Shown here: positions 19,314 to 28,820 of the stretch, piece after piece
How the letters are laid out: every line of letters starts with the position of its first letter
Numbering within the stretch: the stretch's first letter is position 1
Notes under the pieces: generated by a model
What the model saw: only the letters and a program-made list of their open reading frames with translations
What the model was told of the DNA's origin: nothing
Database searches by the model: none
Made by a program: the position numbers and the translations under genes
Assembly (NCBI GenBank): GCA_029210725.1
Contig: JARGFM010000014.1
Location: 42,519 to 106,518, forward strand
Length of the DNA: 64,000 nt
Direction: 5' to 3'
From: Bacteroidales bacterium
GTDB taxonomy: Bacteria > Bacteroidota > Bacteroidia > Bacteroidales > GCA-2748055

Positions 19314-22300
19314 ATGAAAAAAACGGCCACCATCATCATTGTACTTCTTCTTCTTGGAAAACTGATTAATGCACAGTCCATCCGGGAGTTTTCCAGAGAT
19401 ACGGGGCTCTTTGTTTCAGAGTTGCTTACTTTCACCGGGGCTCACCTGGAGTCGGAGGAAATTATTGATTTTAAGAGATTTCTGAATGTTTTTGATTCTC
19501 TTTCCTATGAGCAGCAACTGGAGATTATCGATGTGTCCAACCTGCTGCTTAAGCGCAAGTGCAGACCGCGACCTCACTTCATCAACTACCAGAGGATCAT
19601 GATGGAGTTTTTTACGGAAGGCAAGACTTCCCACGGATATGATTTGTGGCTGGAAGGAACTTCCCGGCTGCTGCGGAGCCCCGATGTATCGATCAGGGAG
19701 ATTGATCAGTGGCTCTCCCTCTCTTTCTCCCTGCTGGACGAGAATATTGTGTTTGACTCGAATACCATTACCTGGAGGGTGGCCACACCATCATTTCAGT
19801 TTTATCTGGATGAGAAGATAAGGGTCCGTTTTGAGGACGTAACCCTGGCCTGTTATTCCGGCAGGGATTTTATTCAAATACGGGACGCCACCGGTTATAT
19901 AGATCCCTTTGAACTTCACTGGTATGGGACGCATGGCATGGTAAGCTGGGAAAGGGTGGGTATGCCAGATAATGAAATGAATGCTGTTTTGGGTGACTTT
20001 CAGATAAATCTGAGAACGCCCGGCTATACGGCCGATTCTGCAAAACTGTATTACCCGGCACTGTTTGAAGGAATTGCTCTGGGAAAACTGGAAGACAAGG
20101 TGACACTTATCAAGGATCTTACATCCATTGTTTACCCGAAGTTCACTTCCTATAAAAGTTCCTACAGGATCGATGATTTTGTCCCGGGGATTAACTACCG
20201 GGGAGGCTTGAGTATTGAGGGCTCCAACCTGGTCGGATCATCGGTGGGAAAAGAGCCGGCAATGCTTGAAATATATGCCAGCGATACCCTGCGTCTGAGG
20301 TTCACCTCAGACAGGGTCTCCATGAATGGCAGGTTTATCAGGGCGCCACACTCTTCAGTCTCTATTTTTTTTGGAGAAGACTCGATCTTTCATCCTGACC
20401 TGGAACTCACTTTTGATGTTGCCAGGGACCAGTTGCGGCTGAATAAGTCGGAAGACTTCAAGTCACTGGGCCCCTATTCCAACTCGTATCATAAGCTGGA
20501 TATGAATTTTGATGAGCTCAGCTGGAACAGGGGAGAATCCTTGATAAAGTTTCAGGCCCTGCAGGGAACTTCCGTTGGACGTGCCACCTTCGAGTCAAAT
20601 ACCTTCTTCGACTACGGATTCTATACAGGTTTGCAGGCCATGGATCTTGAACATCCGCTGGCTCAGCTTTATACCTATTCCAGGATGCTTGGAGGGGAGA
20701 CTTTTGCACTGCCGAATTATGCGGGTTATATCGGATATCCTGAATACCAGGTTCGTCACCTGCTCATGAGTCTCACGAAAGACGGATTTGTCTACTACGA
20801 TGACCAATCGAACCTTATTACCGTCCGCCAGAAGACCTTCGACTATATCTCGGCCTCCATGAAGCAAAGAGATTATGATGTGATCCGCTTCCTTTCAAGA
20901 ACCGAAGGGACTTCCAATGCTCAGCTGGATCTCTTTACAAGGGATCTGACCATCTCGGGTGTCCCGGTCATTTTCCTGAGTGATTCACAGAATGTGAGAT
21001 TGATTCCAACAGAGAACCGGATTGTTATGAAGCGAAACAGGTCTTTCCAGTTCGATGGCCTTGTGGATGCCGGACTGTTTCAGATTTCCGGAAAGAACTT
21101 TTTTTTCGACTACGAGAATTTCAAGATAGACATGCAGCGGATCGACTCACTCAAGATCTCGATCTACACGGATGAAGTGAACCAGTATGGCGAACCTATC
21201 CTGGCACGGATCGAGAACGCCATGGAGGAAATGACCGGGCAATTGCTGATCGATGATCCCAGGAATAAATCAGGTCTGGCGAATTATCCGCAATATCCCA
21301 CCTTTACAAGTCTGGAGGGCTCCTATATCTATTTCGATGATATGAGTATTCAGAACGGGGTTTACCACAGGGAGGATTTCTATTTCCGGATGGAACCCTT
21401 CACCATCGATAGCCTGGATAATTTCAGTCCCGAAGCCATTGCTCCCAAGGGGACCTTTATCTCTGCCGGCATACTTCCTCCTATCGATCTGGAAATGACA
21501 CTCAGGGACGATAACTCCCTGGGCTTTTATATGCAGACTCCGGAAGAGGGCATTGAGATTTACGGTGGGGTAGCGAAGCTCTACAGCGACCTTGAGATGA
21601 GCAGCGGGGGATTGCGCGGATATGGGACCATGGATTATTTAAGCTCTACCACCGAGTCGGATTTGTTTATGATGCACCCCGACTCCATGATGGCACGTTC
21701 CAGGCATTTTCTGCTTCGGGAACATCAAGAGGCCACAGAATATCCCTATGTGGAGAACCGTGAAGCTGATCTGAAATTGTTTCCGGAGGAGAACCTGCTT
21801 GAAATATCCAGAGTGGAAGAGGTGTTTAAAGTATTCAAAGACAGCGTTTTTCATGGTGGGGATCTGGCACTCAGCCCATCCGGTCTGACCGGAAACGGGG
21901 TGATCGGGTTTCCGGATGCGCGTTTAGAATCGGATTTATTCCGTTACAGTTCCAGAACAATCCGGGCCGACTCCTGTGGTGTGAAGCTGACGGCCGGTTC
22001 CTTTGATGAGTTTCCGTTCCTGACGAATGATGTACAGGTATTTGTGGACCTGGATCAGCGGAAGGGAGAGTTCATGGCCAATGGAGATGCCACCTTAATA
22101 GAATTGCCATACAACCTGTATCAAACCCGCCTGGATAAGATGACCTGGTATATGGATGAGGATCAGGTTGCCATGTCGCAGGAAAAACTCTTGCCTGAGA
22201 ACCACGTGGATATCGGCATTGATTCTCTGATCACCGACGGACCCACCTATACCTCCACACATCCCCTTCAGGACAGTCTGAATTTCGTCTCCCCCCAGGC

Positions 22301-23768
22301 AGTCTATAATTACCGGTCGAGGCTGTTGCATGCATCCGGAGTTCCGTTCATCGAGGTGGGGGATGCCTATGTATTTCCTCACGAAAAAGAACTGGATGTC
22401 GGATACAGGGCCACCATGAGCCAGCTTGAGAATGCCAGGATTCTGGCCAGCAAGAACATGAGGCAGTACCAGATCTATAATGCATCCGTTGCAGTGAACG
22501 GAGCGAAGGACTATAAGGCTTCAGGATACTATGATTATCTGGATGCCTTCGGGAACGCTTATCAGGTTTATTTTGATAAGATCTGGGTCGATACCTCCAT
22601 CCTTACCCTGGCGACCGGGACTGTGGCTGAGGATGCCCCATTTATGTTAAGTCCTTATTTTGACTTTCAGGGAGAGGTTCAACTTTCTGTAGATACCTTG
22701 TTTCTCTCCTTTGATGGGGGAGTCAGGCTGGTTCATGAATGTGATCTGGGCAAGTCCTGGTTGCGTTTCAACGCAGCCATTGATCCTGCAAATATCCGCA
22801 TTCCTGTACCTGCACAGATGCAGAACACCGATCTGAATAAGATATTTTCAGGCACCATGATAACCAGGGATTCCACCCATATATACTCTACTTTCCTTTC
22901 AGGGAGGAAAGATTACTTTGATGCCAGTATTAGCTCGGCTTATGGGGAGCTGATCTATGATCCGGACCGGGAGGACTATGTAATTTCCACTCCAGAGAAA
23001 CTGGCGGACCAGAGCTGGCCCGGCCAATACCTGAGACTGGAAACGGAGAGTTGCCAGGTTTACGGGGAAGGTCCTGTAAATCTGAATCTGGAATTTGGAC
23101 AGGTGAAGATGGTTTCGACGGGGAACACCACGCACAGGATCAGCGAAGGAGAATTCGGGGCGCGCCTGGTCCTGGGTATGGACTTCCCCTTCTCCACGGA
23201 GGCTCTGCGGGTGATGGGAGCAGAAATCGACAGCCTGCCCCAGCTTGATCCGGTGGATCTGACGGATCCGTTTTACCAGCTGGCCATGAAAGACCTGCTT
23301 GGCAGGGATCTGGCAAGCGAACTGGAGAAGCAGATGGGGCTCTATGGTGCCTATGAAGAGATTCCGCCCCGGTGGAAGCATACGATTTTCTTCAGCGATC
23401 TGCCTCTTACATGGAACCAGGACTCCCACTCCTTCCGCTACAAGGGAATGGTGGGAATAGGAAATATTGGAGATATCCAGGTGAATAAAAAGCTTGAGGC
23501 TTATGTGGAACTTGTGGAGAGAGGCTCAGGTGACCTCTTCGATATCTACCTGAGAGCCGACGATAATACCTGGTATTATATTGCCTATTCTCCGGGCGGT
23601 CTCCAGGTACTCTCCTCCAACCGCAGTTTTAATCAAATCGTTTTTGATCTCAAAGCCGGGGACAGAAGGGTCAAAGGAAAGGTCGGGCAGGCTCCGTATG
23701 TATACAGTCTGGCCGCGAGGAGAAGACTGGATTTGTTTATCGACCGTTTCCTGAGCTTTGAGGAATAG
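19314..23768 (+). CDS. Large secreted protein of unknown function (1484 aa)
   Basis: Uninterrupted ORF. ATG 19314 lies 2 nt after the prmA stop and gives the signal peptide MKKTATIIIVLLLLGKLINAQ. I could recognise no catalytic, repeat or T9SS C-terminal motif. Confidence 0.7.
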   Translation: MKKTATIIIVLLLLGKLINAQSIREFSRDTGLFVSELLTFTGAHLESEEIIDFKRFLNVFDSLSYEQQLEIIDVSNLLLKRKCRPRPHFINYQRIMMEFFTEGKTSHGYDLWLEGTSRLLRSPDVSIREIDQWLSLSFSLLDENIVFDSNTITWRVATPSFQFYLDEKIRVRFEDVTLACYSGRDFIQIRDATGYIDPFELHWYGTHGMVSWERVGMPDNEMNAVLGDFQINLRTPGYTADSAKLYYPALFEGIALGKLEDKVTLIKDLTSIVYPKFTSYKSSYRIDDFVPGINYRGGLSIEGSNLVGSSVGKEPAMLEIYASDTLRLRFTSDRVSMNGRFIRAPHSSVSIFFGEDSIFHPDLELTFDVARDQLRLNKSEDFKSLGPYSNSYHKLDMNFDELSWNRGESLIKFQALQGTSVGRATFESNTFFDYGFYTGLQAMDLEHPLAQLYTYSRMLGGETFALPNYAGYIGYPEYQVRHLLMSLTKDGFVYYDDQSNLITVRQKTFDYISASMKQRDYDVIRFLSRTEGTSNAQLDLFTRDLTISGVPVIFLSDSQNVRLIPTENRIVMKRNRSFQFDGLVDAGLFQISGKNFFFDYENFKIDMQRIDSLKISIYTDEVNQYGEPILARIENAMEEMTGQLLIDDPRNKSGLANYPQYPTFTSLEGSYIYFDDMSIQNGVYHREDFYFRMEPFTIDSLDNFSPEAIAPKGTFISAGILPPIDLEMTLRDDNSLGFYMQTPEEGIEIYGGVAKLYSDLEMSSGGLRGYGTMDYLSSTTESDLFMMHPDSMMARSRHFLLREHQEATEYPYVENREADLKLFPEENLLEISRVEEVFKVFKDSVFHGGDLALSPSGLTGNGVIGFPDARLESDLFRYSSRTIRADSCGVKLTAGSFDEFPFLTNDVQVFVDLDQRKGEFMANGDATLIELPYNLYQTRLDKMTWYMDEDQVAMSQEKLLPENHVDIGIDSLITDGPTYTSTHPLQDSLNFVSPQAVYNYRSRLLHASGVPFIEVGDAYVFPHEKELDVGYRATMSQLENARILASKNMRQYQIYNASVAVNGAKDYKASGYYDYLDAFGNAYQVYFDKIWVDTSILTLATGTVAEDAPFMLSPYFDFQGEVQLSVDTLFLSFDGGVRLVHECDLGKSWLRFNAAIDPANIRIPVPAQMQNTDLNKIFSGTMITRDSTHIYSTFLSGRKDYFDASISSAYGELIYDPDREDYVISTPEKLADQSWPGQYLRLETESCQVYGEGPVNLNLEFGQVKMVSTGNTTHRISEGEFGARLVLGMDFPFSTEALRVMGAEIDSLPQLDPVDLTDPFYQLAMKDLLGRDLASELEKQMGLYGAYEEIPPRWKHTIFFSDLPLTWNQDSHSFRYKGMVGIGNIGDIQVNKKLEAYVELVERGSGDLFDIYLRADDNTWYYIAYSPGGLQVLSSNRSFNQIVFDLKAGDRRVKGKVGQAPYVYSLAARRRLDLFIDRFLSFEE

Positions 23769-23771
23769 GGC

Positions 23772-24284
23772 TCAGGCGACAGTTTCTCCCGACCGGCTGC
23801 CCAGTTCTATAACATCCAGATTCCCCACGCGTCCCTTTTCTATTTCAAAACGGACCAGGGTCCGTACCTGGTGAAGGCCGTTTCGTCCTGCCGCACCGGG
23901 ATTGATATGCAGGAAGCCGTTTTTCCTGTCGGGCATGACCTTGAGGATATGGGAATGTCCTGTGATAAAGAGTCCGGGTGGCCGGATAAATATTTCTGGT
24001 TTTACGCGGGTATCATAGTTCCCGGGATACCCTCCGATGTGTGTCATCCAGATATCCAGTCCCTCACGAATCTGACGCTGGTGACCCGGAACTCTGGAAC
24101 GGATGGCACTGCCGTCAATATTCCCGTATACGGCAAGCACAGGAGCAATACGACGGAGCCGGCTTACAACCTCAAAATCACCGATATCCCCGGCATGCCA
24201 GATTTCATCACACATAGAAAAATACTCTGCAATCTTTGGATCGTAGAAGCCATGAGTATCTGAAAGAACACCTATTCTGAACAC
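23772..24284 (-). CDS. Metallophosphoesterase, YfcE/MJ0936 family
   Basis: 170-aa ORF with the motifs SDTHG, HAGD, GNID, GHSH and NPGAAG. Confidence 0.85.
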   Translation of the reverse strand: MFRIGVLSDTHGFYDPKIAEYFSMCDEIWHAGDIGDFEVVSRLRRIAPVLAVYGNIDGSAIRSRVPGHQRQIREGLDIWMTHIGGYPGNYDTRVKPEIFIRPPGLFITGHSHILKVMPDRKNGFLHINPGAAGRNGLHQVRTLVRFEIEKGRVGNLDVIELGSRSGETVA

Positions 24285-24335
24285 GGGTGATGGGTTTGGC
24301 CGCTTAAATTACTACTTTAGTTTTAAAATTCAGGA

Positions 24336-25034
24336 ATGCACCTCTTTTATAATCCACATATCCGCGGAGACATTTTCGAACTGGAGGAACAGGAGTCAAA
24401 ACATGCCATTCGGGTACTCCGGCTAAGCCGGGGCGACGGGGTAATCCTGGTAGATGGAAAGGGAGGCTGGTATGAGGCAGTGATTGTTGAGGATCATCCC
24501 AAACATTGCAAGTTAGAGATACGTTCACATAACCCGGACTTCCGGCCGCTGCCTTATTCCCTTCATCTGGCAGTGGCACCCACCAAGAACCTGGACCGTT
24601 TTGAGTGGTTCCTTGAAAAAGCCACCGAGATTGGCATTAGTCAGATTACTCCTTTGATTTGTCAGAGAAGCGAAAGAAGAGCATTAAAACCGGAACGTCT
24701 TGAGAAAATCCTGGTTTCGGCCATGAAGCAGTCACTGAGGGCATATAAGCCTGTATTGAATGAAGCTGTAAGCCTGGAGAAGTTTCTGAAAACAGATCGC
24801 CGGGGAATCCTGGGGATTGCCCACTGCTACCCCCTTGAGCGACGAAGCATCCATGAACTGTTGCCTTCGGAAGCCTGTACTTTTTTAATCGGACCCGAGG
24901 GAGATTTCACCGAAGAGGAGGTAAGTCAGGCGCTTCAGGCCGCTTATCTGCCCTTTCACCTGGGAGAGTCCAGGTTGCGCACTGAAACGGCAGCCCTCTT
25001 GATCACCGCCGCCGTTTCCCTCCGTCACATATAA
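24336..25034 (+). CDS. rsmE: 16S rRNA (uracil1498-N3)-methyltransferase
   Basis: 232-aa ORF with an RsmE-like N-terminal PUA-like region (HAIRVLRLSRGD) and a C-terminal SPOUT block (LIGPEGDFTEEE...LGESRLRTETA). Confidence 0.85.
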   Translation: MHLFYNPHIRGDIFELEEQESKHAIRVLRLSRGDGVILVDGKGGWYEAVIVEDHPKHCKLEIRSHNPDFRPLPYSLHLAVAPTKNLDRFEWFLEKATEIGISQITPLICQRSERRALKPERLEKILVSAMKQSLRAYKPVLNEAVSLEKFLKTDRRGILGIAHCYPLERRSIHELLPSEACTFLIGPEGDFTEEEVSQALQAAYLPFHLGESRLRTETAALLITAAVSLRHI

Positions 25035-25056
25035 AAAAAGGGCCCGTAAGGGCCCT
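25031..25056 (-). terminator. Rho-independent terminator for the sigma-factor/small-ORF unit (also sits just after rsmE)
   Basis: The hairpin AGGGCCC/GTAA/GGGCCCT spans 25039-25056. On the minus strand it is followed by a 7-T run (plus-strand A-run 25033-25039). It begins 2 nt after the stop of the 61-aa ORF. Confidence 0.7.
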
Positions 25057-25058
25057 CT

Positions 25059-25244
25059 TCAGATTTTCTCTAAAATGGATTTCACCAGATCTTCCCCGGG
25101 GTCGAAATTCAGGGGTCTCAGCAGGTTCTCCAGGTACTGGTCTTCAAGACCGGGATCCAGCAAGACCGGGATTGTGGACGATGCATTCTGCTCATCAAAT
25201 CCATCCACCCGGTGAAACAGGGTAGATATTTTTACCATAGGCAT
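25059..25244 (-). CDS. Small acidic hypothetical protein (61 aa) downstream of the ECF sigma factor
   Basis: ATG-initiated ORF 68 nt downstream of the sigma gene on the same strand. Its stop abuts a strong intrinsic terminator. There is no TM helix and no recognisable motif. Confidence 0.4.
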   Translation of the reverse strand: MPMVKISTLFHRVDGFDEQNASSTIPVLLDPGLEDQYLENLLRPLNFDPGEDLVKSILEKI

Positions 25245-25312
25245 TTTTTATTGGGTTTTCTCTATAAAAACGCCTAAGATTCAGGAATATTGTAAGCAGG
25301 TCTGAAAGTTTC

Positions 25313-25903
25313 TCAATAAACGGTCAGCGAGAGCTTCTTTTCGTCGATAAGCTTGCGGAGATTGATCAGGGCATACCTCATTCTTCCCAGGGCCGTATTG
25401 ATGCTCACATCGGTCTGATCGGCAATCTCCTTGAAACTGAGTCCGCCATAGTGACGCAGAAGAACCACCTCTCTCTGGTCGTCCGGCAGTTCATTGATAA
25501 GTGCTCTGATCTCTGATTTGATCTGGCTGTGAATAATCAGCTCCTCGATGTTGTCGTCGGAGAGTTTTTTACTGTTGAAAAGGTCCACCTCTGAATCATC
25601 ATTGGAAATGGCATTCATCTGCTTCTCTTTCCTGAAATGATCAATAATCAGATTATGGGCAATACGTATGACCCAGGAGAGGAATTTTCCGTTATCCTTA
25701 TACTTGCCGGCTCTGAGCGACTGAATTACCTTGATGAAGGTTTCCTGGAAAAGATCTTCGGCCAGCGGATGATTCTTAATGGTAAGCAGGATATAGGTAT
25801 AAACCTTGCTTCGGTGCCTGTTGATTAAGATTTCAATTGCTGAATGATCACCTTTAATATAAGCCTGAACCAGTTGCTGGTCGCTTGTTATACTTTCTTT
25901 CAA
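25313..25903 (-). CDS. RNA polymerase sigma-70 family ECF sigma factor
   Basis: Region 2 (DLFQETFIKV...FLSWVIRIAHNLIIDHFR) and region 4 (LPDDQREVVLLRHYGGLSFKEIADQTDVSINTALGRMRYA) are both present. The track ORF extends to 26155 across the divergent uvrA start, which is implausible. TTG 25903 (giving MKESITSDQQLVQAY...) yields a typical 196-aa ECF protein. The start remains uncertain. Confidence 0.8.
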   Translation of the reverse strand: MKESITSDQQLVQAYIKGDHSAIEILINRHRSKVYTYILLTIKNHPLAEDLFQETFIKVIQSLRAGKYKDNGKFLSWVIRIAHNLIIDHFRKEKQMNAISNDDSEVDLFNSKKLSDDNIEELIIHSQIKSEIRALINELPDDQREVVLLRHYGGLSFKEIADQTDVSINTALGRMRYALINLRKLIDEKKLSLTVY

Positions 25904-26012
25904 AACGCTTGTTTCTATTGGTTTAGCGTAAAGGTGTATCGATAGGCAGACTGTTTTTAATGAATGATTAACGATGCAAGTAAGTAAAAATAATTCTTTC
26001 TGCAAAATATAG

Positions 26013-26020
26013 TATTTTTG
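26013..26020 (+). promoter_or_regulatory. Candidate -7 promoter box (TATTTTTG) for uvrA
   Basis: Exact TAnnTTTG match immediately after the in-frame stop TAG 26010-26012 and about 35 nt upstream of the first conserved UvrA codons. Confidence 0.3.
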
Positions 26021-26093
26021 CGCCATAATCATAGCAGCCATAGAAGAGCAGGAAATACATATACGGGGGGCCAGGGTACATAACCTGAAAAAC

Positions 26094-28820
26094 GTGGAAA
26101 TCAGGATCCCCAGGGACCAACTGGTAGTTATTACCGGTCTGTCGGGTTCTGGCAAAAGCTCCCTGGCTTTCGATACCTTATATGCGGAGGGCCAGAGAAG
26201 GTATGTGGAGAGCCTCTCCGCCTATGCCAGGCAATTCCTGGGACGCATCGATAAGCCTGATGTCGATTTTATCCACGGGATTCCTCCTGCAGTGGCGCTT
26301 GAGCAACGGGTCAATTCCCGGAATCCCCGCTCCACCGTGGGTACTTCCACAGAGATTTATGATTATATAAAATTGTTGTATGCCCGGATTGGCAAAACCT
26401 ATTCTCCCGTTTCCGGCAGGATCGTTAAGAGGCATTCGGTCAGCGATGTGGTCGATTACATCCTGAAACAGGAGGAGGGAAAGCGTCTCGTGATGCTTTC
26501 AACAGTCTGCCTGAATCAGGAAAAGGAGCTGGATTACCAGCTCGATATCTTTATTCAGCAAGGGATGACCCGGGCCAGGGTGGAAGAGAAGATTGTTGAA
26601 CTGGAATCGCTGAAGGGTAAAAAGACCAATCATGCTTTTTTCCTGCTTCACCTGGTGGTTGACAGGATCGTGGTTCAGAAAGATGAGGAGTCGGTGAGCC
26701 GTTTTGGAGATTCGGCACAGACAGCTCTTCAGCTTGGTCATGGACACTGCATTCTCTGGGACCCTGAAACAAAGCGTAGCGAAGAGTTCTCCACCAGGTT
26801 TGAGGCCGACGGAATGGAATTTGAGGAACCCTCGGAACACCTTTTCAGCTTTAACAACCCCGTTGGAGCCTGTCCGGCTTGTGAAGGCTACGGAAAGGTG
26901 ATGGGGATCGATAAAGAACTTGTAATCCCCGACAGGAAGCTGTCTGTATATGAGGATGCGGTGGTATGCTGGAGAGGTGAGAAGATGAAGAAGTGGAAGG
27001 AAAAGCTGATTTTGAAAGCTGAGCAGCTGGATTTCCCCATTCATACTCCTTATTACCAGCTCACTGAGGATCAGCGTAAAGTGCTCTGGGATGGAAATCG
27101 TTCCTTTAAAGGCATCCATCGTTTCTTTGAACACCTGGAGGAGAAGAAGTACAAGATCCAGTACCGGGTGATGCTCTCCCGCTACCGGGGCAAGACGGTC
27201 TGTCCGGAGTGCCGGGGAAGCAGACTGCGTAAAGAGGCAATGTATGTGAAGCTGGCTGGGAAAACGATCAGCGACCTGGTTCTTATGCCCATTTCGCAGC
27301 TTCAGCAGTTTTTTAATCACCCTAAACTGAGCAGGAAGGAGCTTGAAGTATCTGAAAGACTGCTGACGGAGATCAGCAGCAGGCTCACTTTTATGAACAA
27401 TGTGGGGCTGGGTTACCTGACCCTGAACCGCCTCTCATCGACCTTATCCGGGGGCGAAAGCCAGCGGATCAACCTGGCTACTTCGCTGGGAAGCAGCCTG
27501 GTGGGATCGCTCTATATTCTGGATGAACCCAGCATCGGACTTCATTCGCGCGATACCCGGCAACTGATCGGAGTCCTGCGGGAGTTGCAGCAACTGGGAA
27601 ACAGTGTGGTCATTGTGGAGCATGATGAAGAGATTATCCGTTCGGCCGACCATATTATTGATATGGGACCCCTTGCCGGCAGGAACGGGGGTAAGGTGGT
27701 GTTTCAGGGCAACCACCAGGATTTACTGAAAGAAAAGAAGAGCCTTACTGCCAGGTATTTGAACGGTTTGGATAAGATAGCCATACCCCCTCAGAGGCGG
27801 AAATGGAATAACTACCTCGAAATCAAAGGAGCCAGGGAAAATAATTTGAAAGCGATCGATGTGAAGTTCCCCCTGAATATCTTTACCGTGATCACCGGAG
27901 TAAGCGGCTCGGGGAAGTCGAGCCTGGTAAGCCGCATTCTCTATCCTGCCCTGAACAAGCATTTTAATGGCTCCGGGGAAAAAGCGGGAAAACACGACCT
28001 TCTTACCGGCGATCTGCACCTGCTGGACCGGGTGGAGTTTGTCAACCAGAATCCCATTGGAAAATCCTCCCGTTCCAATCCGGTCACCTATCTGAAGGCT
28101 TTTGACGAAATCAGAAAACTTTTTGCAGTCCAACAGGCTTCAAAAATACATGGATATAATGCTTCGCATTTCTCCTTCAATATTGACGGAGGAAGGTGTG
28201 AAGAGTGCCAGGGCGAGGGAGAGATCAAGGTGGAGATGCAGTTTATGGCAGATGTTCGTCTGGTATGCGAGAGTTGCCAGGGCAGGCGCTTCAAGGAGGA
28301 GATCCTCCAGGTGAAGTACAGGGAAAAAAGTATTTATGACCTTCTGGAGATGACCATTAATGAAGCCATCGAATTTTTCAATCAGGCTTCAGGATCCACC
28401 GAGAAGAGAATCATTAAAAAGCTTAATCCACTGCAGCAGGTTGGACTGGGCTATGTGAAGCTTGGTCAGTCGTCCAGTACCCTTAGCGGTGGCGAGAGTC
28501 AGCGCATCAAACTGGCTTACTTCCTGAGCAAGGAGTCCAGCGAAGAGAAGATCCTGTTCATTTTTGATGAGCCTACCACCGGACTTCATATGCACGATAT
28601 ATCCCTCCTGCTTCGTTCTCTGGAGTCACTGCTCAAAAAGGGGCATACGGTCCTGGTTATAGAGCATAATCTGGAAGTAATCAAATATGCCGACTGGATC
28701 ATCGACCTGGGACCCGAAGGGGGTGACCGGGGCGGATCGGTCGTATATGAAGGAGTTCCGGAGAACATCCCCGAAAAAGCTTCCCATACCGGAGCCTACC
28801 TGAAGTCTAAACTGAACTAG
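26094..28820 (+). CDS. uvrA: Excinuclease ABC subunit A
   Basis: It has two ABC modules (GLSGSGKSSLAFDT and GVSGSGKSSLV, with LSGGESQR twice) and zinc modules (CPACEGYG, CPECRGSR, CEECQGEGE, CESCQGRR). GTG 26094 is the first canonical start. The same frame is open from 26013 and encodes the conserved N-terminal strand IHIRGARVHNLKNV at 26055-26096, so the true start is probably upstream and non-canonical (see findings). Confidence 0.9.
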   Translation: MEIRIPRDQLVVITGLSGSGKSSLAFDTLYAEGQRRYVESLSAYARQFLGRIDKPDVDFIHGIPPAVALEQRVNSRNPRSTVGTSTEIYDYIKLLYARIGKTYSPVSGRIVKRHSVSDVVDYILKQEEGKRLVMLSTVCLNQEKELDYQLDIFIQQGMTRARVEEKIVELESLKGKKTNHAFFLLHLVVDRIVVQKDEESVSRFGDSAQTALQLGHGHCILWDPETKRSEEFSTRFEADGMEFEEPSEHLFSFNNPVGACPACEGYGKVMGIDKELVIPDRKLSVYEDAVVCWRGEKMKKWKEKLILKAEQLDFPIHTPYYQLTEDQRKVLWDGNRSFKGIHRFFEHLEEKKYKIQYRVMLSRYRGKTVCPECRGSRLRKEAMYVKLAGKTISDLVLMPISQLQQFFNHPKLSRKELEVSERLLTEISSRLTFMNNVGLGYLTLNRLSSTLSGGESQRINLATSLGSSLVGSLYILDEPSIGLHSRDTRQLIGVLRELQQLGNSVVIVEHDEEIIRSADHIIDMGPLAGRNGGKVVFQGNHQDLLKEKKSLTARYLNGLDKIAIPPQRRKWNNYLEIKGARENNLKAIDVKFPLNIFTVITGVSGSGKSSLVSRILYPALNKHFNGSGEKAGKHDLLTGDLHLLDRVEFVNQNPIGKSSRSNPVTYLKAFDEIRKLFAVQQASKIHGYNASHFSFNIDGGRCEECQGEGEIKVEMQFMADVRLVCESCQGRRFKEEILQVKYREKSIYDLLEMTINEAIEFFNQASGSTEKRIIKKLNPLQQVGLGYVKLGQSSSTLSGGESQRIKLAYFLSKESSEEKILFIFDEPTTGLHMHDISLLLRSLESLLKKGHTVLVIEHNLEVIKYADWIIDLGPEGGDRGGSVVYEGVPENIPEKASHTGAYLKSKLN

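Noticed and set aside
25904-26155. N-terminal extension of the sigma-factor ORF to 26155 (280 aa in the track)
   Set aside because: The extension crosses the AT-rich divergent promoter region and overlaps the uvrA coding start. The extra residues are not sigma-like. ECF sigma factors are about 170-200 aa.
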